Shown one piece after another: positions 56,779 to 64,000 of a DNA stretch of 64,000 nt. Source of the DNA: Gammaproteobacteria bacterium (lineage in GTDB: Bacteria; Pseudomonadota; Gammaproteobacteria; SZUA-229); NCBI GenBank assembly GCA_026195895.1, contig JAPHRO010000019.1:85354-149353 (forward strand), read 5' to 3'. The position numbers and the translations under genes were made by a program. The notes beneath the pieces are model-generated. The model was given only the letters and a program-made list of their open reading frames with translations. It was not told the origin of the DNA and did no database searches. Position 1 is the stretch's first letter, and each line of letters starts with the position of its first letter.

Positions 56779-57422
56779 GCAGATGGTTCAGCTCTTTTGG
56801 GTGACCCCAGATCATCACGTTTCATTTGCAGCCAATTAATTGCTTGACCGGTCGATTTCAAAATCGCCTTATCATAGGCAACACGTGCCTGATCAAGTTC
56901 CCCACGCGCCATATATACATCACCTTTCAGCTCCTCATACATTGCAGAGAAACTCTCCGGATGATCTTCACCAAGCAGTACCAGGGCCTGATCATATTTT
57001 TCCGCAGCAAATAAAACCCGCGCTAATCTCAGCGTTGCGATATGCTTCAATTCAACTTGTCTGGAATGATTAATAACCCATTCCAGTTGTTGCTGAGCCT
57101 GAACCAGTTCACCCTGGATTATCTGCTGTTTAGCTAACATCATTGCCGCCAAACTGGCATATGGTGTATCAGCATACTCTGCAAGCAGGGTATTCACTTT
57201 AGTTTGCTGCTGATCAAGCTGCTCATTGGCTGCGGCCAGCGCAATGACAGTGTCATATAAGTTACTGGCTTCTTCAGCTTGTCTGATTTGATAATCATTA
57301 TAAAAACGCCAACCAAATAGAACGGAGGATCCAAGGACAAGACCAAGAATGATCATGCTGGCATTTTCTTTCCACCATTTTTTTAGTGCTTCTACCTGTT
57401 GTTCTTCAGTTTCAAAATCCAT
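56775..57422 (-). CDS. yfgM: YfgM-like ancillary SecYEG translocon protein (TPR-like)
   Basis: EEQQVEALKKWWKENASMIILGLVLG, with one TM and TPR-like helices. Lies between hisS and bamB. Confidence 0.75.
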   Translation of the reverse strand: MDFETEEQQVEALKKWWKENASMIILGLVLGSSVLFGWRFYNDYQIRQAEEASNLYDTVIALAAANEQLDQQQTKVNTLLAEYADTPYASLAAMMLAKQQIIQGELVQAQQQLEWVINHSRQVELKHIATLRLARVLFAAEKYDQALVLLGEDHPESFSAMYEELKGDVYMARGELDQARVAYDKAILKSTGQAINWLQMKRDDLGSPKRAEPSA

Positions 57423-57440
57423 ACGATTTTCAACCCCAGT

Positions 57441-58712
57441 TTATGTATTTAATAATTTTTGTAAAACTGAAATAATTTCAGCCTGCTTTACCGTTTGTTG
57501 GTCAAGCTTTTCACGTAAATGTTTCACTGCAATAATGCCCTGATCAATTTCACTTTCCCCTAAAATCAATCCAATCAATGCGCCACTTTTGTCTGCCTTT
57601 TTCATCTGAGACTTAAAACTACCGCCACCACAATTTACCTGGAGCTTTAATTCTGGCCATTGATCTCGCATTGATTCTGCCAGTTGCATACCCTGAATCT
57701 GCGCCTGTTCACCCTGCAACACCAGATACACATCAGGGTCGCCTGCTGCTTTAACGCCTTGATCTTCAAGCAATGACAGTAATCGCTCGATACCCATAGC
57801 AAAACCGGCAGCAGGTGTTTCACGGCCGCCTAACTGAGCCACCAGACCATCGTATCGACCACCGGCACATACGGTGCCCTGCGCTCCAAGCTGATCAGTT
57901 ACCCATTCAAAAACAGTTTTGCAATAGTAATCCAGGCCTCTCACCAGCCGTGTATTGATGGTAAATTCAATACCGACATTTTTAAGCATTGCCTGTAACT
58001 GCTCAAAATGCAGTTTTGATTCATCATCCAGGTAATCCATTAATTTTGGCGCAGCCTCGATAATCGCCTGCAACTCCGGATTTTTACTATCCAGTATTCT
58101 TAATGGATTTGTTTCCAGGCGTCTTAGACTATCTTCATCAAGCTGATCTTTATATTCAGTTAGATAGTTAACCAGCACATCTCTGTAGCGACTTCGTGCT
58201 TCATTACTACCCAGCGTATTCAATTCAAGTCGTATATCCTGCAGACCCAGTCGTTTCCACATGCGCGCAGTCAACAAAATCAACTCCGCATCAATATCTG
58301 GCCCAGCAATGCCAAACGTTTCAACACCAATCTGGTGAAACTGACGATAACGTCCTTTCTGTGGCCGTTCATGTCTAAACATGGGCCCCATATACCAGAG
58401 TCTTTGCTGCTGGTTATGTAATAGACCATGCTGTATACCTGCACGGACACAACTCGCTGTGCCTTCTGGGCGTAAAGTTAAGCTGTCACCATTTCGATCA
58501 TCAAAGGTATACATTTCTTTTTCGACGATATCAGTAACTTCCCCAATCGAACGACAAAAAAGATCGGTAGATTCTACAATCGGCATACGAATTTCGCGAT
58601 AAGCATAAGATTGCACGGTGTCACGAATAGTGTTTTCAAAATATTGCCACAAGCCCGATTGCTCAGGAAGAATATCGTGCATACCACGAATGGATTGAAT
58701 TTTTTCTGCCAT
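57441..58712 (-). CDS. hisS: Histidine--tRNA ligase
   Basis: 423 aa with [29 protein letters not shown] and GGRYD motifs. Confidence 0.95.
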   Translation of the reverse strand: MAEKIQSIRGMHDILPEQSGLWQYFENTIRDTVQSYAYREIRMPIVESTDLFCRSIGEVTDIVEKEMYTFDDRNGDSLTLRPEGTASCVRAGIQHGLLHNQQQRLWYMGPMFRHERPQKGRYRQFHQIGVETFGIAGPDIDAELILLTARMWKRLGLQDIRLELNTLGSNEARSRYRDVLVNYLTEYKDQLDEDSLRRLETNPLRILDSKNPELQAIIEAAPKLMDYLDDESKLHFEQLQAMLKNVGIEFTINTRLVRGLDYYCKTVFEWVTDQLGAQGTVCAGGRYDGLVAQLGGRETPAAGFAMGIERLLSLLEDQGVKAAGDPDVYLVLQGEQAQIQGMQLAESMRDQWPELKLQVNCGGGSFKSQMKKADKSGALIGLILGESEIDQGIIAVKHLREKLDQQTVKQAEIISVLQKLLNT

Positions 58713-58750
58713 ATAAATTATTTTCTCACAAACCGTAGCGGGCTATTAAT

Positions 58751-59806
58751 TTACTCCGCCTCATATTCAGCTTCATCTGTGTCTGAAACTTCCGGTTGTT
58801 GTTTTTTAATATTTCTTGATTCTCGTAAAGATTTTACAATCGCGGCATCATCTATAGACACATGAGCAATATTATTTTTTCTGGTATAGCCGGTTATATC
58901 CACTGGCATATCATTAACCTGAATGGATATAGACGGCGCATTGCCCATGAAAATACGAAATGGCGCCTGCCCCTGCATACGGTAACTGTTACCTTTTTTC
59001 ATCAACTGAAAAAACAACCGATGATTATTAACATCCTGAATTTCAGTCCAGGACTCAGAAGTCGTTTCCATTACAAGGACATCATCACCAACGGGCGCTG
59101 TAGCACTGATTTTATTATCTGGTTCAGGCGCCGCCTGTTTAATTTCGACTTTGCTTATCGGTTCATCTTGCACTTCAGCCTCAGGCACGACTTCTACATC
59201 AGGCGCCACCTCGACTGCTTCTGTAATTTCTGATGATATTTCCGGTTGTGCTACAGTAAGAAGTTCTGGTTCTGGTTGAAAAATATCGTCAGCCTGCATT
59301 TGATCTTGCTGGGGAATAATGTTCTGCGTGGTATTTTCCAGATCCTGTTTTTTACCAAACCAGTTTGCTGCCCATTCAAAATCAGTCTGACTCCACCAGA
59401 AAAACAACAAAACAAAACCTGCGCCAATTAACGAATATGTAATCAGCTTGACACCGGAATCCCTGCTGCTTCTCTGCGCCGGAACACCCGTAGTCGCGCC
59501 TAGCGCTGGCTCATCCTGTGGACAAACCTGATTATATGCCGCAACAATTTCATCACCAGGCAATTTCAGCAATCGTGCATAGCTCCGGATATAACCCTGG
59601 GTAAAGGTCGCGGCAGGCAATGCATCTATCTGTGAAAACTCCAGTGCCCTGATAATTTCTTCAGATAGCTTTAATTCTTCTGCCACTTCTAAAACCGTAT
59701 AAGCAGCCGCTTCTCTCGCATCTCTTAATATCTTGCCAAACTCCTGCTGATGAATCAGCTCATCAGCAGTACTTTCATCATTAGCGGTTATATTGTTTTC
59801 ACTCAT
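58751..59806 (-). CDS. rodZ: Cytoskeleton protein RodZ (HTH + TM + DUF4115)
   Basis: XRE-type HTH (FGKILRDAREAAAYTVLEVAEELKL), a central TM, an acidic/Pro-rich linker, and a conserved C-domain. Confidence 0.8.
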   Translation of the reverse strand: MSENNITANDESTADELIHQQEFGKILRDAREAAAYTVLEVAEELKLSEEIIRALEFSQIDALPAATFTQGYIRSYARLLKLPGDEIVAAYNQVCPQDEPALGATTGVPAQRSSRDSGVKLITYSLIGAGFVLLFFWWSQTDFEWAANWFGKKQDLENTTQNIIPQQDQMQADDIFQPEPELLTVAQPEISSEITEAVEVAPDVEVVPEAEVQDEPISKVEIKQAAPEPDNKISATAPVGDDVLVMETTSESWTEIQDVNNHRLFFQLMKKGNSYRMQGQAPFRIFMGNAPSISIQVNDMPVDITGYTRKNNIAHVSIDDAAIVKSLRESRNIKKQQPEVSDTDEAEYEAE

Positions 59807-60576
59807 TGTCCAGTCAATTCCATCAACTTTTCTGCCTCTGGTGAATCAGGAAAATTCTTTAGCAATTGACGGGAAAATTTCAGAAAATACTTCTGATCTC
59901 CCAATGCTTTTTCAGCCTGCGCCTGATACCAGAGACTTGTTGCCGAAGCTCTTGCCACACTATGATAACGCTGCATGAATGCGCGCGTGGTTAGATATTT
60001 TTTAGTTTTGAGCCCCAACTCTCCCATTGCAATTAGCGCAGACGGCATATTGGGATTAATTTTGAGTGCTTTACGGATGTGCTTTTCAGCTTTTTTGTAA
60101 TCAGGATTTTCCGATTTTAAAATACAATAGCCTAAATTAGCATGGGCTTTTTCCGGTCTTTCATAAAACTGATTTTTCAGAACTTTTTCAAACTGCTTTA
60201 TTGCTTCTTCAATCTTGTCCTGTTTACATAAAAAAGTGCCATAGTTATTTAGTAATTCGGGATTTCGATGATCTATGTCCAATGCTTCGAGATAATAACT
60301 CTGCGCCTCAACAATCTCGCCTTTCATTTCCATCAGGATAGCCATAGTTGTATATGCTGGCACATAGGTATCATCGACCTCCAGTGCCTTTTCCAGTTTC
60401 ACATGTGCAACTTCCAACTGCCCCCTTCGAATATAACCAGAAGCAAGCTCTACATTAATTCTTGCTGCTTCTTCAGTTTTGGTTTCCTCTTTGGCTTTTT
60501 TCACTCGATTCTGACCACAGGCCGAAATCAGTACCACTGACATTATTATTAACAACACTTTTACTGACAGCTTCAT
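59803..60576 (-). CDS. pilW: Type IV pilus biogenesis/stability TPR lipoprotein PilW (PilF)
   Basis: Lipobox LISACG, six TPR-like repeats, and a position between rlmN and rodZ as in Pseudomonas. Confidence 0.75.
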   Translation of the reverse strand: MKLSVKVLLIIMSVVLISACGQNRVKKAKEETKTEEAARINVELASGYIRRGQLEVAHVKLEKALEVDDTYVPAYTTMAILMEMKGEIVEAQSYYLEALDIDHRNPELLNNYGTFLCKQDKIEEAIKQFEKVLKNQFYERPEKAHANLGYCILKSENPDYKKAEKHIRKALKINPNMPSALIAMGELGLKTKKYLTTRAFMQRYHSVARASATSLWYQAQAEKALGDQKYFLKFSRQLLKNFPDSPEAEKLMELTGQ

Positions 60577-61700
60577 GAGTTCATCCCAAACCTTGGTTTT
60601 ATAAATTTTTGTTGTCTTCTACTTTTATCCGTAACCTTACCTACCAACTGACCACAGGCAGCATCAATATCTTCGCCGCGAGTTTTGCGAATAATGGTCG
60701 TCATATTGGCTTTAATCAATTTATCCTGGAAGCGATGCACGGCATTATTAGAAGATGTTTTATAACCAGAACCTTCAAACGGATTGAACGGAATCAGATT
60801 AATTAAAACTGACAGTCCATCCAGTAATTTAATAAGCTCATCTGCGTCCTGCGCGCTATCATTCACCCCCGCCAACATGACATATTCAATCGTCAGACGA
60901 GAACGCGGTGATCGTTTTTCCATAAATCGATGACAGGCTGCCATTAAATCCTTCAGGGGATATTTTTTATTAATCGGCACCAGTTCGTCGCGCAAATCAT
61001 CGCGCGTTGCATGCAGCGATATCGCCAGTTGCACATCATGCCGGTCAGCCAGTCGATCCATTGCTGGAATGACACCTGCCGTGCTCACCGTCACCCGACG
61101 TTTGCTCAGGCCATAGGCAAAATCATCGAGCAATATATCGATAGCTTTAACCACGTTATCATAGTTGAGCAATGGCTCGCCCATTCCCATCAGCACCACA
61201 TTTGTGATTTTACGCCCAGGCTTCTTTTCTTCGTCTAACAACCGGGATGCCTGCCATACCTGTGACAATATTTCAGCGCTAGACAGGTTGCGACTAAAAC
61301 CCTGCCGTGCCGTAGAACAAAAACTACAATCTAATGCGCAACCTATTTGTGATGAGATGCACAAAGTGCCTCGATCATCTTCGGGAATAAATACGGTTTC
61401 AATGCAGTTGCCGTCAGCCAGGCGCAGCACCCACTTTCGCGTACCATCCGTAGAAAGCTGATCCACCACGACTTCCAGCGGCTGGATGGTGGCCGTTTCG
61501 CTTAATCTTTGTTGCAACGCCTTACTAATGTTGCTCATTTGACTAAAATCGGCAGCACCCAGTTGGTGAATCCACTTCATTAGCTGAGAAGCACGAAAAG
61601 CCTTCTCCCCCATTTCGGCGAAGAAAGCTTCCAGCTCTGGGCGGTTCATGCCCAGTAGATTGATTTTTTCCATGGCAGGAAATTGAATCGGAGTGCTCAC
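60573..61700 (-). CDS. rlmN: 23S rRNA/tRNA m2A methyltransferase RlmN (radical SAM)
   Basis: Canonical CX3CX2C in QIGCALDCSFCST, plus MGMGEPL and the C-terminal catalytic Cys (IDAACGQL). Confidence 0.95.
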   Translation of the reverse strand: MSTPIQFPAMEKINLLGMNRPELEAFFAEMGEKAFRASQLMKWIHQLGAADFSQMSNISKALQQRLSETATIQPLEVVVDQLSTDGTRKWVLRLADGNCIETVFIPEDDRGTLCISSQIGCALDCSFCSTARQGFSRNLSSAEILSQVWQASRLLDEEKKPGRKITNVVLMGMGEPLLNYDNVVKAIDILLDDFAYGLSKRRVTVSTAGVIPAMDRLADRHDVQLAISLHATRDDLRDELVPINKKYPLKDLMAACHRFMEKRSPRSRLTIEYVMLAGVNDSAQDADELIKLLDGLSVLINLIPFNPFEGSGYKTSSNNAVHRFQDKLIKANMTTIIRKTRGEDIDAACGQLVGKVTDKSRRQQKFIKPRFGMNS

Positions 61701-61785
61701 AAAAATCTCGGAAACCAGCTATTCATGTAAATCAGTGATTTTACGCAGGTTTTTAAGGTTTCGCAAAGCCGGTGAGACGAATGTA

Positions 61786-61986
61786 CTAGTCTTTTTCCTC
61801 GATCCAGTTCATCTGGATGGATTCCAGGATTTTTTCACTGGATTTATCGGGATCATCGTCAAAATCTTCCAGATCACACACCCACTGGTGCAAATCCGTA
61901 AAGCGAACATACTGAGGATCAACATCAGGATGTGCCTCATCCAGTGATATGGCTATATCAAGGGTATCAGTCCATTTTAACTGCAT
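61786..61986 (-). CDS. iscX: Fe-S assembly protein IscX
   Basis: 66 aa and acidic. [24 protein letters not shown] is typical of IscX/YfhJ. Follows fdx. Confidence 0.85.
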   Translation of the reverse strand: MQLKWTDTLDIAISLDEAHPDVDPQYVRFTDLHQWVCDLEDFDDDPDKSSEKILESIQMNWIEEKD

Positions 61987-61998
61987 TTCAGCTGCTCC

Positions 61999-62337
61999 CT
62001 AGTGGTTCTCGGAAACCATATTAATGGTGTATTTAGGAATTTCTACCACCAGATCCGTGTCACCCACGATAGTCTGGCAGCTCAAACGAGAATCCGGATC
62101 CAGACCCCATGCTTTATCCAGCATATCGTCTTCTTCATCGCTATTCTCATTCAGGGATTCACCACCTTCTCTGACATAGACATGGCAGGTGGTACAGGCA
62201 CAGGATTTTTCGCAGGCATGCTCGATTTCAATACCCTGTTTCAGGGCAGCATCACAGATGGTGATGCCAGGTTCAGCCTCAATCACCATGCCTTCTGGAC
62301 ATAATTCTTCGTGGGGCAGAAAGATAATCTGCGTCAT
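61999..62337 (-). CDS. fdx: ISC-type [2Fe-2S] ferredoxin
   Basis: 112 aa with the Cys pattern C-x5-C-x2-C...C ([13 protein letters not shown]...LSCQ). Confidence 0.9.
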   Translation of the reverse strand: MTQIIFLPHEELCPEGMVIEAEPGITICDAALKQGIEIEHACEKSCACTTCHVYVREGGESLNENSDEEDDMLDKAWGLDPDSRLSCQTIVGDTDLVVEIPKYTINMVSENH

Positions 62338-64000
62338 TTTTCACTCTCTTCTGATGAAAATTCTTCAACTTTGTGTCCTGCCATGGACGTTTGTACACTG
62401 GCATTCATTCGCCGTGCCACGTAGTTAGCACTGGCTTTCTCCAGGCTTTCCATCGCCTGTTTAACAAGCTGTTCATCCGTGGCATTCGCTCTGGCATCCA
62501 CCAATACTGCGCGTGCTTCTAATATGCTGTTTTTTTCGTCCGCTTCAAGCATGCTATCACCATCATCGGCTATCGCCGCATCCAGTGCTTCGATCACCCT
62601 GTCAGCTTCAACCTGCATTTCACGCAAATTACGTAAACCCTTATCTTCGACGGCATGTTCCATAGAATCCCGCAACATGGTTTCGATCTCGCTGTCACTC
62701 AATCCATACGATGGTTTAACTTCTACATGGGCTTCCACGCCGGAGGTTTCTTCCCTGGCAGTGACATGCAGCAAACCATCCGCATCCACCTGGAAACTGA
62801 CCCGAATGCGCGCCGCACCCGCAACCTGCGGCGGAAACCCACGCAATTCAAATTTGGCCAGTGAACGACAATCGGTAACCAGTTCACGTTCACCCTGAAC
62901 TACATGGATAGACATTGCAGTCTGACCGTCTTTGTAAGTTGTAAAATCCTGGGCGCGGGAAACGGGAATCGGTGTATTGCGATGAATTATTTTTTCAGTC
63001 AGGCCACCCATGGTTTCTATACCGAGCGATAATGGCAACACGTCCAGCAACAGCATGTCGCCATCAGGATTATTTCCAGCCAGCGCATTGGCCTGAGTTG
63101 CTGCACCGATGGCTACAACACGATCAGGATCAATACTGACCAGCGGTTCGTGCAGAAAAAAATCACCGACCAGCTCTCTCACGCGCAACATACGCGTGGA
63201 TCCACCGACCATGACAACATCATGAATATCTTCACGGTCAATTTTTGCATCACGCAGGGCACGGCGACATGACATCAGCGATTTTTTAATTAATGGATCA
63301 ACCAGCTCATTAAACGTCTCTCTGTTCAGCAGGCCAAACCATTTCTGATTGTCACCCAGTTCGATGTTTAGCTCAACTTCATCTATTTCGGAGAGCGCTT
63401 CTTTTGCTGTACAGGCTTCCTGCATCAGCAACCTGATGCTCGATGAATTCAGCTCAGAATTTTTAATCCCTGACTGGGTGATTACCCACTCAGCGATCGC
63501 ATGATCAAAGTCATCACCACCCAGCGCACTATCACCACCGGTGGCTAATACTTCGAACACACCTTTGGTGAGTCGCAGGATAGAAATATCAAAAGTTCCA
63601 CCACCCAGATCGTAAACAGCAATAACGCCTTCCTGAGCGCTATCCAGACCATAAGCCACGGCGGCAGCCGTAGGCTCATTTAATAATCGTAACACTTTTA
63701 AATTGGCTAATTTCGCAGCATCCTTGGTTGCCTGGCGTTGCGCATCATCAAAATATGCAGGCACCGTTATGACTGCACCAACGAGTTCATCACCCAGGGT
63801 ATTTTCACTGCGTTGTTTTAATTTTTTTAAAATCTCTGCCGATACTTCCATCGCCGTTTTATTGCCAGCAACCGTTTTAATTTTGGGCACGCTAGAATCA
63901 GAATCCACAAATTGATAAGGCAGTTGTTCGCCCAGTGTTTTTAAGTCTTCGATGCCGCGACCCATTAAACGTTTTACCGAAACAATAGTATTTTGTGGAT
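62334..64000 (-). CDS. hscA: Fe-S cluster chaperone HscA (Hsp70 family), N-terminus beyond window
   Basis: Hsp70 blocks [20 protein letters not shown] and DLGGGTFD, plus a substrate-binding domain. The reading frame stays open to position 64000. Confidence 0.95.
   Translation of the reverse strand, partial: PQNTIVSVKRLMGRGIEDLKTLGEQLPYQFVDSDSSVPKIKTVAGNKTAMEVSAEILKKLKQRSENTLGDELVGAVITVPAYFDDAQRQATKDAAKLANLKVLRLLNEPTAAAVAYGLDSAQEGVIAVYDLGGGTFDISILRLTKGVFEVLATGGDSALGGDDFDHAIAEWVITQSGIKNSELNSSSIRLLMQEACTAKEALSEIDEVELNIELGDNQKWFGLLNRETFNELVDPLIKKSLMSCRRALRDAKIDREDIHDVVMVGGSTRMLRVRELVGDFFLHEPLVSIDPDRVVAIGAATQANALAGNNPDGDMLLLDVLPLSLGIETMGGLTEKIIHRNTPIPVSRAQDFTTYKDGQTAMSIHVVQGERELVTDCRSLAKFELRGFPPQVAGAARIRVSFQVDADGLLHVTAREETSGVEAHVEVKPSYGLSDSEIETMLRDSMEHAVEDKGLRNLREMQVEADRVIEALDAAIADDGDSMLEADEKNSILEARAVLVDARANATDEQLVKQAMESLEKASANYVARRMNASVQTSMAGHKVEEFSSEESEK

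Noticed and set aside
1-64000. A search by eye for CRISPR arrays, tRNA/rRNA genes, integrases, transposases, phage genes, restriction-modification systems and other known defence genes.
   Set aside because: I found no regularly spaced repeats and no tRNA-like T-arm or acceptor patterns in the intergenic gaps. No ORF had recombinase, nuclease-ATPase or methyltransferase-RM motifs. A proper scan (tRNAscan-SE, Infernal/Rfam, PADLOC/DefenseFinder) would be decisive and was not possible here.

Overview
This is a 64-kb chromosomal segment of a gammaproteobacterium. It looks moderately AT-rich by eye (not computed), and species could not be assigned. I call about 70 densely packed protein-coding genes, nearly all on the minus strand from about 15 kb onward.

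Most of the window is conserved core genome:
- gyrA-serC-(serA-like)-pheA-hisC-tyrA-(DUF4124/Grx)-aroA-cmk-rpsA-ihfB-lapA-lapB-pyrF-comEA
- sdhCDAB-sdhE, divergent from ygfZ
- prfB (with its canonical +1 frameshift)-lysS
- tsaB, a DinG/YoaA-like helicase, and mrcB with a TPR lipoprotein
- der-ydgA-bamB-yfgM-hisS-rodZ-pilW-rlmN
- iscX-fdx-hscA

The first ~16 kb is a mosaic of small, poorly characterised genes. These include EAL-HDOD, HopJ-like, DUF3301, an NTAQ1-like amidase, TehA-like, DUF3820, TIGR02647, DsbA-like, DUF3025, DUF1631, a 387-aa orphan, a radical-SAM protein with unusual Cys spacing, and a cNMP-binding/rhodanese fusion.

I recognised no rRNA, tRNA, CRISPR array, transposase, integrase or prophage genes. 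I see no clear-cut defence island.

The most system-like unexplained items are:
1. Three diverged tandem stand-alone HDOD paralogues, apparently co-transcribed with ygfZ.
2. An eight-gene, translationally coupled sdhCDAB-sdhE-ygfX-DUF1249-DUF805 unit, whose last protein ends in a type-IV-pilin-like helix.
3. A divergent pair made of an orphan 387-aa protein (weak HIT-like motif) and a CX4CX2C radical-SAM enzyme, next to an orphan small-ORF/terminator locus.

All functional calls come from motif recognition on the supplied translations and from reading the DNA. No database search or computation was run.
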